The translations under genes and the position numbers were made by a program. A stretch of DNA of 64,000 bases. It comes from a bacterium. Lineage in GTDB: Bacteria > Zhuqueibacterota > Zhuqueibacteria > Residuimicrobiales > Krinioviventaceae. The stretch covers positions 256,001-320,000 of the forward strand of contig OY843751.1 of NCBI GenBank assembly GCA_963693055.1, read 5' to 3'. Below are positions 48,001 to 57,200 of this stretch, piece after piece. The notes beneath the pieces are model-generated. The model was not told where the DNA came from and searched no databases. It saw only the letters and a list, made by a program, of their open reading frames with translations. How positions within the stretch are numbered: position 1 is the first letter of the stretch; the number at the start of each line of letters is the position of its first letter.

Positions 48001-49083
48001 GATACGGGTATTGGTATTCCCAGAGAAAAATTGAATAAAATATTTAAACGGTTTTATCAGGTTCAGGAAGGTACAGATCATCATGCCGGGGGCACAGGAA
48101 TCGGTTTGGCTTTAACCAAAGAGTTGGTTGAAATACAGCAGGGTATACTTTTCGTGGAAAGTGAAAAAGGTGTAGGTACAACCTTTACTGTAGAGATCCC
48201 TGCAATTTATTCATTTGATCATGCTAAGGATAATAAAGAGACCAAAGTTATTGTGCCGGAAGTATGTCGGGCCGGTGAACTGATTAATCTTGAAAATGAC
48301 TCGGTACGTTTAGTAGAAAATCCGGATGTCAAAATATTGCTGGTTGAAGACAATTCCGATATGCGGAATTTTATCCGTAATGAACTGCAAAACCAATATA
48401 CTATTGCTGAGGCAATAGATGGATTTGATGGGTTAGAGAAAACAATTAAACAGCTTCCTGATATTATAATAACAGATATTATGATGCCTCGTATGGGTGG
48501 TATTGAATTTTGCAAGAAAATAAAAACAGATCCCCGTACAAGCCATATACCGGTAATCATGATCACTGCCAGATCATCACATCAGCATGTAATTGAAGGC
48601 CTGGAGACCGGGGCAGATGATTATCTTGCAAAACCTTTTGACAGTAAAGAACTCTCGTTACGTATTCATAATATTCTTGAAACACGTAAACAGTTGTGGA
48701 ACCGTTTTCAACAGGATATTCGTGTAGAGCCCAAAGAAATTAATATCAATTCAGTGGACCAACAATTCCTTGCAAAGGCAATTGATCTTGTTGAACAGCA
48801 TATGGATGATCCGGATTTTGATTCTAACGCATTCAGCTCCAAAATGGGAACAAGCCGTGCCGGGCTTTATAATAAGATCCGTGTGTTGACTGGTCATTCC
48901 GTTAGAGATTTTATAAATGCCATCCGTTTAAAACGTTCTGCTCAGTTGTTAAAAGAATCTGGCTTGACAATTACAGAAATTACTTATGAGGTGGGTTTTA
49001 GAGATCCCTCTTATTTTTCCAAAGCATTTAAAAAATATTTCGGCAAGCTTCCTACCGAATATGCCAAAGAGTTCCAAAAATAA
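45025..49083 (+). CDS. Hybrid two-component system (propeller/Y_Y_Y sensor, histidine kinase, REC, AraC HTH)
   Basis: Reg_prop repeats, 'SHELRTPLT', 'NLLSNSLKF', 'DTGIGI', 'GTGIGL', REC 'LLVEDN...DIMMP', AraC 'VGFRDPSYFSKAFKK'. Confidence 0.95.
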   Translation: MKTLSRLILLLLMFVLVNDAFSKGTFTPDRANPFTEPWRWQHYSNLGGKSCRCMAEDSTGVLWFGVTGGVMSYDGIDWDFYPLNGDSSQVPVISLCATSMGLLYVGTPEGISLFAEGEWTPLNIGLGFGDSFDFPNNKFPILEAPDKSIWIGTQQGALRIKNDVMTLYREFHIFPDYHKPEIDFTEQYELDKFDVFSIYIESDSVLWMGLRDGRIYKCILEPDDLQSMPTWVRIDQQEGYILSRFPLVMKNVDGLIFVVSGEIGKGINVFDGEKWYQESMKEKFQVDDIHADIVESRDGSLWIGSFGKIFEYSEGKWYMYVGPGLPLPSNRWNLFKTKDGSLWIVGLGNQVWRVDLLTERWTTFQGIHFQAIEKDGCKWFLSYDGQVIKTDPLMKNWTSFDKSDGVLDEPVVLYITSKGQVWIAGSHNEVAATAYLDNEKWHIQTHPRLAWCIGHRAVLEDEQGNLWFGSGKDYLEDKGQVGGLIKYSFGRSLTEFDCEYYYFNDRFHLSAIYGIGQSGDGKLWCGQLGFFCFEPAINEWTKITEPIGLDESFNDCISTSDQGNLWVGTRTCGVIRYDYKTQNWSQYTISEGLSSNTIISMYALTDSNVWVATDQNICHFDGRSWTQDIFPHFIKINKDGITLRALKDGTLWFNNIPQQWLVRAINKETSPLKSEREFFSIQYKPDKLPPETFITFSQDKISQPGNVILSWMGHDPWKATPDENLLYSYKLDDEEWTPFNDSVNQVFLNLKDGNHTFLVKARDRDMNVDPSPDKVQFYIIPYVWKQPWFIGLIAFFFITIAFFMFHLVHRNKIIKELSEAKVRLFTNISHELRTPLTLILGPLNNLRKKIDGNSDITFQLEMMNRNCNRLMRLVNQILDFQKVESGQIEFDLVKGDVVVFISDVTNSFQSLAGEKQLVLAFKAQPVHLEMFFDFDKLEKVLLNLLSNSLKFTHSRGSVQVIVSIIPGDKEIRKVLPNHGTIKYTDRLQVIVKDTGIGIPREKLNKIFKRFYQVQEGTDHHAGGTGIGLALTKELVEIQQGILFVESEKGVGTTFTVEIPAIYSFDHAKDNKETKVIVPEVCRAGELINLENDSVRLVENPDVKILLVEDNSDMRNFIRNELQNQYTIAEAIDGFDGLEKTIKQLPDIIITDIMMPRMGGIEFCKKIKTDPRTSHIPVIMITARSSHQHVIEGLETGADDYLAKPFDSKELSLRIHNILETRKQLWNRFQQDIRVEPKEININSVDQQFLAKAIDLVEQHMDDPDFDSNAFSSKMGTSRAGLYNKIRVLTGHSVRDFINAIRLKRSAQLLKESGLTITEITYEVGFRDPSYFSKAFKKYFGKLPTEYAKEFQK

Positions 49084-49102
49084 CCTGCAAAATATATAAT
49101 CC

Positions 49103-49156
49103 ACAATTATACCCTCTAAATTAGACACTGATACCAGATATTTAGACATCAGTACC
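49103..49156 (+). promoter_or_regulatory. Candidate HTCS/AraC binding direct repeats upstream of the TBDR
   Basis: TTAGACA-N4-TACC at 49121 and 49142 (21-bp period); weaker ACA-N4-TACC copy at 49103. Confidence 0.55.
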
Positions 49157-49351
49157 TGCAAAATGTCATGAATTGTAATAATTTGGTACTGTACAAGATA
49201 GTATGTTCTGTTTAGAATTTACTTGCAATTCAATATAGCCTACAGTGTAATCGTAATACTAGATATTTATAATCTGCATATTCAAATATTCTGTAACAGA
49301 TGAAAATGATTAAAATAGGTTTACAGGTTTTATATCCATTAAGGAGGCTGT

Positions 49352-52279
49352 ATGAAACAATTTGGTATTCAAAAAACAGTTCTATTGATCGTCCTGATGA
49401 TCTTTTGTGCGCACTCGGTTTACAGTGCTACGATTTCAGGACAAGTAACTGATGCCGCAACCGGAGAGCCATTACCCGGAGCAAATGTATTAATTCAGGG
49501 CACCAGTATAGGGGCAGCGACAAATGTAGAGGGTGAATATTCAATTCCCAGGGTACCACCGGGTAATTTTACCTTGTTGGTCAAATATATAGGATATCAA
49601 GACAAAAGTGAAACTGTTAATATAATTTCCGGAAGAAATCTTTTAAAAGATTTTTCATTGGAATTTGTAACCATTGAAGGTGAAATGGTAGAGATTACCG
49701 CGCAGGCCGAAGGTCAGATTGCGGCTATCAATCAGCAACTATCTGCAAGAACCATTACCAATGTGGTTGCTTCCGACCGAATCAAAGAAATACCCGATGA
49801 TAATGCAGCCGAGTCTGTAGGACGACTTCCCGGTATATCCATTATCCGCAGCGGTGGTGAAGGTGCCAAAGTGGTTATCCGTGGTTTATCACCCAAATAC
49901 AATGTGATGATGGTAAACGGTGTGCGCATGCAATCAACCGACCGTAATGACCGCAGCGTTGACCTCAATATGATCTCTCCGAATATGCTTTCAGGTATTG
50001 AAGTAACCAAGGCTTTAACTGCGGATATGGATGCTGACGCAGTTGGTGGTGTTGTAAACCTGAGAATTGATAAAGCAAAAGAAGGCTTGCACGTTGATGT
50101 TACCAGTCAAGGTGGTTATGGTTCCATGGTCGATGAGTTCAAGAATTTTCGGTTTTACGGAGGCATTAGCAATCGTTTTTATAATAACAAACTGGGTGTG
50201 CAATTAACCGCATCGATTGATGAATTTGACCGAAGTTCTGATGCTTTAAAGGCCGGCTATACCACAAATGAAGAGACCACAACCATAGAAGGTCTTGCTG
50301 AAATTGATCTGGCTTCTGTAACCATTACGGATGTTGCCTCTAGCCGTAAAAGAAAAGGTGCAGGACTGGTAATGGACTATCAGTTTGACAATGGTTCTCT
50401 TTTGTTCAGCAATTTTATTAGTGATCTCAACAGCAAAGCTGTAACAATGCAGAACGATCTTGAACTTGATGGCAACCAGTTTGATTCTTATACCACAGAA
50501 AGCGAAGGAACCACTACTGTTTATAATAATACGTTACAGGGTGACTATACATTATGGGATCTGGATATTGATTTCTCTATTGCCAATTCAGTCTCAAAAA
50601 TGAATGTTCCCGGTGATTTGAAAATGCGGGTTATTCCGGAACAGGACCAGGCAGGCTTTACAACGGATTTGGGCGCCAAGGCTATAGATGCTACACCCAG
50701 TGAATTTTTAAACAGTGTGAATTTTATTGCTGATGATCTGCGGACCAAAAGATTAGAATCAAATGAGCGCAATGTAACGGTTTCTGAGCAAAATGCCATG
50801 ATGAATGTCAGCTTGCCATATCGCTTTACCAATTATTTGTCAGGCAAGATCAAGTTTGGTGCTAAATACAGAGTCAGTAAACGTGAGAATGATGAAACGC
50901 TATATTTCATTAACCCTGACCGTCATACACCCAGTCAGGCTTTTACCCGTATGATGATTGATTCGTTGTGGACCGATTTAGGTTTGAATGCAATTGATAC
51001 GGGTAACGGTATTCGCGCTTTTTTGTTTGAAAACCCCAATTATGATGTGGGTAATTTCCTTGCGGGTAAAGAAAATATAGAGAACGACAAGTTTTATTAC
51101 ACCGGCAGCCTTTTGAGAATGAACCAGTATGAAGGTTTAGCCCGCAAATGGAACCATTTTTTCAAAGAATCGCGTGAATCGAACCAGTATGACTATACCT
51201 ATGATGATGATGTTACCGCGTTTTATTTAATGACAGAAATGGATATAGGTAGATATGTAACATTTATTCCGGGTATTCGCTATGAAAGCATGAACATTAA
51301 ATATGATGCCTGGGGTACCACTTATGTAGGCCCGGAATTCTATGATTTCTATAATGAAAAAATCAAATTAAACAAGACTGAGGAAAACTGGTTTCCGCAA
51401 ATACATTTGCGCATCAAACCGTTTGACTGGCTGGATGTACGCCTGGCAAGCACAAAATCCATTATTTATCCGGATTACCGGGCAATGTCACCCTATTACT
51501 ATTTTTCTTCAGGGTCTCCAAGTATATCTATGGGAAATCCAACACTTAGCCCGGCTATTGCACAGAACTATGATATATACACATCAATTTACGATAACTA
51601 TATCGGTCTGTTTACTTTGGGATTCTTTCAAAAAGATATGGAAGATCTGATCACCACATCCAGATTTTACACAATGGATGCGGAAAGGATCTTTAATACG
51701 GTTACAATACCTCAAAACAAGAATACAACTGTTGATACCTGGATAAATCTTGAAGACAAGTCCACAGTGAAAGGATTTGAAGTTGATTGGCAAACCAATT
51801 TCTGGTACCTACCGGGAATATTACGCAGTATTGTTTTCAGTATCAATTATTCACATATGGATTCAGAGACCCGCTTTCCTTACCAGTTTGTAAGAAAAGA
51901 AGGCACCGGTATTTTTGCCAAATCCGTATTTGTTGATTCAACCCGCAGCGGTCGTATGCCGAACCAGTCTAATGATATTTTGAATTCAACCGTTGGTTTT
52001 GATTACCGCGGATTTTCCATGCGCTTGTCTTTTCTCTACCAGGGAAATACTTTGAACAGTGCATCGGGACGTGAAGAGCTGGATCCATATACCGATGATT
52101 ACTATCGTTGGGATTTGATTATTAATCAGAAACTGCCATGGCATGGACTTGAATTGTACAGCAATATCAAGAATTTAACAAATCGTCCTGACAGATACTT
52201 TGTAAGTAAATTTGAGTTGTTATCTTCGGCAGTCTATACAGGCAGGACAGCTGATGTAGGATTACGATTTAGATTCTAA
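49352..52279 (+). CDS. TonB-dependent receptor with N-terminal carboxypeptidase-regulatory-like domain
   Basis: 'ISGQVTDAATGEPLPGANV', plug 'RLPGISI...IEVTKA...DAVGGVVNL', C-terminal F. Confidence 0.93.
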   Translation: MKQFGIQKTVLLIVLMIFCAHSVYSATISGQVTDAATGEPLPGANVLIQGTSIGAATNVEGEYSIPRVPPGNFTLLVKYIGYQDKSETVNIISGRNLLKDFSLEFVTIEGEMVEITAQAEGQIAAINQQLSARTITNVVASDRIKEIPDDNAAESVGRLPGISIIRSGGEGAKVVIRGLSPKYNVMMVNGVRMQSTDRNDRSVDLNMISPNMLSGIEVTKALTADMDADAVGGVVNLRIDKAKEGLHVDVTSQGGYGSMVDEFKNFRFYGGISNRFYNNKLGVQLTASIDEFDRSSDALKAGYTTNEETTTIEGLAEIDLASVTITDVASSRKRKGAGLVMDYQFDNGSLLFSNFISDLNSKAVTMQNDLELDGNQFDSYTTESEGTTTVYNNTLQGDYTLWDLDIDFSIANSVSKMNVPGDLKMRVIPEQDQAGFTTDLGAKAIDATPSEFLNSVNFIADDLRTKRLESNERNVTVSEQNAMMNVSLPYRFTNYLSGKIKFGAKYRVSKRENDETLYFINPDRHTPSQAFTRMMIDSLWTDLGLNAIDTGNGIRAFLFENPNYDVGNFLAGKENIENDKFYYTGSLLRMNQYEGLARKWNHFFKESRESNQYDYTYDDDVTAFYLMTEMDIGRYVTFIPGIRYESMNIKYDAWGTTYVGPEFYDFYNEKIKLNKTEENWFPQIHLRIKPFDWLDVRLASTKSIIYPDYRAMSPYYYFSSGSPSISMGNPTLSPAIAQNYDIYTSIYDNYIGLFTLGFFQKDMEDLITTSRFYTMDAERIFNTVTIPQNKNTTVDTWINLEDKSTVKGFEVDWQTNFWYLPGILRSIVFSINYSHMDSETRFPYQFVRKEGTGIFAKSVFVDSTRSGRMPNQSNDILNSTVGFDYRGFSMRLSFLYQGNTLNSASGREELDPYTDDYYRWDLIINQKLPWHGLELYSNIKNLTNRPDRYFVSKFELLSSAVYTGRTADVGLRFRF

Positions 52280-52513
52280 ATATTAGCCTAAAGATATTTA
52301 GGCAAGATAGTAGAGCAAGGTAGGCATTATTAACTGAGAAATTTAATCTAACTAGCAATTTTTTTAAAAAGGAGGTGATGTCGGCATATTCATCAGGAAA
52401 CAAAGGTACCAAATGTAATAGGATTGGTACATTGACACTAAATGTATGGAGGTTGTAAAACAGAGTGTCATTTAAGCTTATTGGGTAAAGAAATTAATTA
52501 ATAGGGAGAAACT

Positions 52514-54250
52514 ATGAAAAACTTTACTATTTTATTTGTTTTGTTTGCAATGATTGCAATTCCGGTATTCGCTCAGGATGCTGATACACTGGTTATTGAT
52601 CCTAACAATTATGTCAACTTGCAGATAATGGCCGACACCCTTGCTGATGGTTCCCAGGCTCACGATGTTTATAAACTTGAACGTTCAACATTCTATGCCT
52701 TTGATGGTACAATGACTGTTGACTTCAAGTGTGAAATTGTTGGCCCTTTTGTTGAATACATGGTTCAGGATAATGGTGATGATTTTCCACCGGTATTGGT
52801 AAATACACCTGACGAATCATCCGGCGCTGGAAGACGGTTTTTTACTGTTATTGAAGGTGGTGAGCTGATTTTAAAGAATTTTATTATGAGCGGAATGGTC
52901 AGCACTGGTCAAATTGGCGGCACGATGATCAGGAGTACCTATGGCATCAGATTTGTAATGGATAATATAGCTTTCTCTGATTATGACAGAATTTTCCAAA
53001 ATGATAGCGAGAATATCGAAGTCAGTATTACAAACTGTGTGTTCCAAAATGCCGGTAGTGCGGATTATAGCTTGTTCGATGGAATGACTACTCGTTTTAA
53101 TACAAGCGGTGGTGATGTAGTTATTGAAAACAACACCATTATCAACAACGGTAGATTGTTGTGTAATGCAGGCCCATTCCCCAAAATGAAATCAGTTATT
53201 ACCCATAATTCTATTATTAACAATACAAAAAATGCCATGGAATTACGTCAGTATGAATGTGTTTGTGCTAATAATTTCTGGGTAAACTGGGAATTTATGG
53301 GTTATGGTCCTAATCAACTCAGAACTGATGACTGGTATCAGATGAATTTTACGACCTATAACTGGTTGTATGAAGTTAGTGATATGCTTGATTCTGTTTC
53401 TACTTATTTCGCTTATAATGGTTTTTACACAGAAGAAGCGATCAATGAATGGTTTGAAAACAGAGCTGCTACAGCACCATTGGACAGCATTCATCAATCC
53501 GGTCTTTTCCCGGTTACCACAGATACATTTGTAGTTGCTGATGCTGATTACAAAATTGGTCCCAATTACATGGATTTTAATCCTGGCTTTACTGTTCCGC
53601 CGACTGATGTTGCTGATCTTATTGCCTTTTTGGAAGCCTATTGGGGTGACCAACCCGTAGATGTACCTACTTATGATGTACCAGCACTTGTGACATTTGG
53701 AGGAGATGGTATGCCGGTTTGTAACTGGCCTATTGAGTATGATCTCACTTATGCCAATACAACCTGGCAAACCGGTGGTACTGACGGATTACCTCTTGGT
53801 GATCTCAACTGGTGGCCAGATAAAAAGGCAGACTGGGTAGCAAATCGTGAACAGTATGTTGCTGCAATGAGAGATTCTGTTGACAATGCTAAACTTATTT
53901 ATACAGGTGATGGAAATCTGCCATTAATTACTCCTGCATCTACTGACATTAATGATGATACCAAAGCACCAGCTGCATTCAAATTGGGACAGAATTATCC
54001 AAACCCATTCAATCCAACTACTTCAATCAATTACTCATTGAATAAAGCAGATCATGTAAGCCTGGTTGTTTACAATACAATTGGACAAAAAGTGAGAACA
54101 CTTGTTGATGCAAAACAAGCTGCAGGTGTACATTCAGTTAACTGGACCGGTGTTGATGAAGCTGGAACAGCAATGGCTGGAGGCGTTTATTTCTACAGAT
54201 TGACTGTTGGTAATCAAACAGAATGTAAGAAAATGGTCTTTATCAAGTAA
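52514..54250 (+). CDS. Secreted beta-helix-like protein with T9SS type A/FlgD-like C-terminal domain
   Basis: Signal peptide, 'NNTIIN/HNSIIN' beta-helix-like repeats, 'PLGDLNWWP', 'LGQNYPNPFNP...GGVYFYRL...KMVFIK'. Confidence 0.75.
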   Translation: MKNFTILFVLFAMIAIPVFAQDADTLVIDPNNYVNLQIMADTLADGSQAHDVYKLERSTFYAFDGTMTVDFKCEIVGPFVEYMVQDNGDDFPPVLVNTPDESSGAGRRFFTVIEGGELILKNFIMSGMVSTGQIGGTMIRSTYGIRFVMDNIAFSDYDRIFQNDSENIEVSITNCVFQNAGSADYSLFDGMTTRFNTSGGDVVIENNTIINNGRLLCNAGPFPKMKSVITHNSIINNTKNAMELRQYECVCANNFWVNWEFMGYGPNQLRTDDWYQMNFTTYNWLYEVSDMLDSVSTYFAYNGFYTEEAINEWFENRAATAPLDSIHQSGLFPVTTDTFVVADADYKIGPNYMDFNPGFTVPPTDVADLIAFLEAYWGDQPVDVPTYDVPALVTFGGDGMPVCNWPIEYDLTYANTTWQTGGTDGLPLGDLNWWPDKKADWVANREQYVAAMRDSVDNAKLIYTGDGNLPLITPASTDINDDTKAPAAFKLGQNYPNPFNPTTSINYSLNKADHVSLVVYNTIGQKVRTLVDAKQAAGVHSVNWTGVDEAGTAMAGGVYFYRLTVGNQTECKKMVFIK

Positions 54251-54278
54251 TTAACAGTTAGTTCCTTTGACCAAAGGT

Positions 54279-54312
54279 CCCCGGTACGGATCAAGTATTT
54301 ACCGTACCGGGG
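54279..54312. terminator. Strong hairpin (terminator or stabiliser) between the T9SS-type gene and PL6
   Basis: CCCCGGTACGG-loop-CCGTACCGGGG. Confidence 0.55.
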
Positions 54313-54350
54313 AAAATTATTAACACGATTTTGTATGAGGCCTTTTTATT

Positions 54351-55784
54351 ATGTACTTGAAAAAAGCCTGTACTAAGCATCTGATTTGGATGTGTACCCT
54401 GATGTTGTTTTTTTGCGGGTTTTCTAAAACAGCTAGCGCTGGTAAGGTAATGGTAGAATCTTTAACGGACCTGCAAAAAGCTGTGCAAAAAGCGGATCCT
54501 GGAGATGTAATTATTCTCAAAGATGGCAAATATCAGGATAGCACTTGCGTTTTAAAGGGCAAGGGTAGCAGGCAATTACCAATTATTATTCGTTCCAGAG
54601 GCATTGGTCTTGTTGAACTCTATTCCGGGATTTCAATAGAAGGCGATTTTATTACGCTTGAAGGCTTTTTGTTCAAATCAATGAGCAATATACAATTGTC
54701 GGGTACCGGTTTGCGCGTTACCAATTGTATTATGACTGATGTTATGACTAAAAAGTGGATTTGGGCAGATTATTCTTGTAAACAATTGGAAATTGATCAT
54801 TGTTTGTTTGAAAACAAGAGTAATAACCGACTTTATGAACGGGATTGCCAGTTGATCAAAATCAATGTTACCAATTCTAACGAGTGTCATCATATTCATC
54901 ATAACCATTTTAGAGATGTGTTACCGGGTAAGGGTACAAATGGATTTGAAACAATCCAAATTATTACCAAAGGAAATCCGCGCGATCCTGAAATTGGGGA
55001 CTGTGGAACTTTGATTGAAAGAAATCTGTTTGAACGTTGCAGTGGTGAGCCGGAGATTATTTCTATTAAATCCAATGGCAATCAGGTCAGTGGAAATACA
55101 TTCAGGGCTTGTGCGGGAGCGTTGGTTTTCAGGCATGGGGATGGAAACGTTGCGTCACAAAATATATTTTTAGGCGATGGTGAACCTAATTCCGCGGGTG
55201 TAAGAATTCAGGGTACAGACCATCTGGTTGTTAATAATTATTTCAGTAATCTTGGCAACTGTGGTTTGTTTATTCATTATGGAGTGGATGACAAATCATA
55301 CGTCAAGGTTGAGCGGGCAGTAATTGCTTTTAATACATTTTATAACTGTCGTTATGCAGTATTGTACGGATTTAATGGGGTCCCACCCTCCAAGTGTACG
55401 GTGGCTAACAATGTGTTTTATCTGGAACGGGGCCCCAAAAAATATCAAAAGCCTGTTGAACAGTTTCAATTGTTCAAATTTGTTAAAGAGCAAGATCTGG
55501 ACTGGAACTGGGAAAACAATATTGCCTGGGGAACATTGGGCATGAAACCGGTAAGTGGAATAACCCGCCAGGACCCGCAATTGGAAGCTATTGGTGATGG
55601 CATGACATTGCCGGCTCTGAACAGTCCTGTTGTTTCCCGTGCTGATGCCAGTTTCCCTGGTGTGAATAACGATGTGTTTGGACATGTACGGGGGCAATTG
55701 CGTAGTATAGGTGCCATAGAGTACTCTGTATGGCTCAAGAATGATGGACCGCTTGATGAGACACGCGTAGGGCCACGATACTAA
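54351..55784 (+). CDS. Polysaccharide lyase family 6 (chondroitinase B/alginate lyase-like)
   Basis: 'PGDVIILKDGKY', 'NGFETIQI', 'NLFERCSGEPEIISIKS', 'FRHG', 'GVRI'. Confidence 0.85.
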   Translation: MYLKKACTKHLIWMCTLMLFFCGFSKTASAGKVMVESLTDLQKAVQKADPGDVIILKDGKYQDSTCVLKGKGSRQLPIIIRSRGIGLVELYSGISIEGDFITLEGFLFKSMSNIQLSGTGLRVTNCIMTDVMTKKWIWADYSCKQLEIDHCLFENKSNNRLYERDCQLIKINVTNSNECHHIHHNHFRDVLPGKGTNGFETIQIITKGNPRDPEIGDCGTLIERNLFERCSGEPEIISIKSNGNQVSGNTFRACAGALVFRHGDGNVASQNIFLGDGEPNSAGVRIQGTDHLVVNNYFSNLGNCGLFIHYGVDDKSYVKVERAVIAFNTFYNCRYAVLYGFNGVPPSKCTVANNVFYLERGPKKYQKPVEQFQLFKFVKEQDLDWNWENNIAWGTLGMKPVSGITRQDPQLEAIGDGMTLPALNSPVVSRADASFPGVNNDVFGHVRGQLRSIGAIEYSVWLKNDGPLDETRVGPRY

Positions 55785-56150
55785 TTGTTCAGATGTTTAG
55801 GCTTGATTTTATTCAAGTATTATGATAGATTGTGCTCTTGTTCATATATTTATTAACTTTTTATTATGGGTGTCATTGTTATTTCTTTCACATTAATATA
55901 TAGCGTTTGCAATATTTTGTTCCCCTCACTTGACAGCTTAATTATTTGAAATAATTTGTTTCATTTTCAATATTTTCGATATTGTTATTAGTAATGTTTT
56001 AATTGTTGTTTGTTAAAGTTAAAATATTATAATTGATATATACCAAGCAATACATTACAGGGGATAGTATGGTTGTAATGATTCCTGCATATTATACAAG
56101 ATTGTGGTTTGGCACTTTTTTTAAATCATCAATATAGTTAGGAGTTGTGT

Positions 56151-56969
56151 ATGAAAAAAGTACTTGCACTGTCAGGAAGCCCAAGAAAAGGGGATAGCTA
56201 TAAAATTGTAAAACTGTTAATTGAACGCATGCAGGAACTGGGTGAAGTAGAGTTGGAGTTTATAACCCTTCGCAAGTTGAATATAGAATACTGTCGTGGA
56301 TGCCTGGCGTGTATGCGCAAAGGAGAAGACCATTGTCCTTTAAAAGATGATGTGCCAATGGTCAGGGAAAAGATGTGCAGTGCAGATGCGGTTTTGTTTG
56401 TATCTCCGGTGTACGTGCATTCAGTTACGGCGCCAATCAAAAATTTGTTCGACCGCATGGCCTATTATCTTCATCGCCCATGTTTTCATAATAAACAAGC
56501 TTTGTTGATCAGCACTACCGAGTTGAGTGGGTTAAAGGAAGCTCTGCGCCATCTCAAATTTCCAGTAAAGACGATGGGTTTTAATCTGGTTGATGAAATT
56601 GGTGTAATTGCACCAGCTTTTCATGAGCCCGGACCGTATCGAGAAAAGATAATGGCCAAGATCCATAACGCTGCTGAAAAATTATTTCGTCAGATGTCTG
56701 TAAAACAAACGGTTAAACCTTCTTTGGCAGATGTTGTCTTTTTTAATAAAATCCGTACAAAGATACAAATGCATAAAGATAGGTTCCCGGCAGACTATCA
56801 ATACTGGCATAAAAAGGGCTGGTTTGGAACGGATTATTTTGTGCCCGTAAAAATTAATTTGATTTACAAGGCGATTGGAAAGCTGCCGGTCAGGATGATC
56901 AAGATAGTATTGCGACGTAAACTTGGTCCGCAAGTGTATTCAAAATTTGTAGGTATGGAACAAGGCTAG
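56151..56969 (+). CDS. Flavodoxin-fold NAD(P)H-dependent FMN reductase / iron-sulfur flavoprotein
   Basis: 'SGSPRK', 'CRGCLAC...C', 'SPVY', 'KNLFDR'. Confidence 0.88.
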   Translation: MKKVLALSGSPRKGDSYKIVKLLIERMQELGEVELEFITLRKLNIEYCRGCLACMRKGEDHCPLKDDVPMVREKMCSADAVLFVSPVYVHSVTAPIKNLFDRMAYYLHRPCFHNKQALLISTTELSGLKEALRHLKFPVKTMGFNLVDEIGVIAPAFHEPGPYREKIMAKIHNAAEKLFRQMSVKQTVKPSLADVVFFNKIRTKIQMHKDRFPADYQYWHKKGWFGTDYFVPVKINLIYKAIGKLPVRMIKIVLRRKLGPQVYSKFVGMEQG

Positions 56970-57146
56970 AGCAAAGATACCTGTTGTTCAAATTATGAGA
57001 ATTAAGTTTCTGTCAAGTTCTTACGAAATTGTTGTTTTTTATAAGTGACATGCAAAATTGTGGGATGTTTAATAATTTTAGGGTTGTAAAAGAACAGGGT
57101 GAGATTGTTTTTTAAGGGGTTATGTCGCCTGTCGGCGCGCGGGTGG

Positions 57147-57162
57147 TGGCATGGATTCTGCA
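57147..57162 (+). promoter_or_regulatory. Sigma-54 (-24/-12) promoter upstream of nifA
   Basis: TGGCATGGATTCTGCA: GG-N10-GC spacing. Confidence 0.6.
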
Positions 57163-57200
57163 TTCTGATGTTTAGTGTAATCTAAATATAAATATGTGGT

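Noticed and set aside
52378-52458. 26-codon leader peptide
   Set aside because: Its ATG overlaps the SD-like motif, so the spacing is unsuitable for initiation; reported as an orphan SD instead.
56110-56126. Sigma-54 promoter before the flavodoxin-fold gene (TTGGCAC)
   Set aside because: The -24 element is present but there is no GC at -12.
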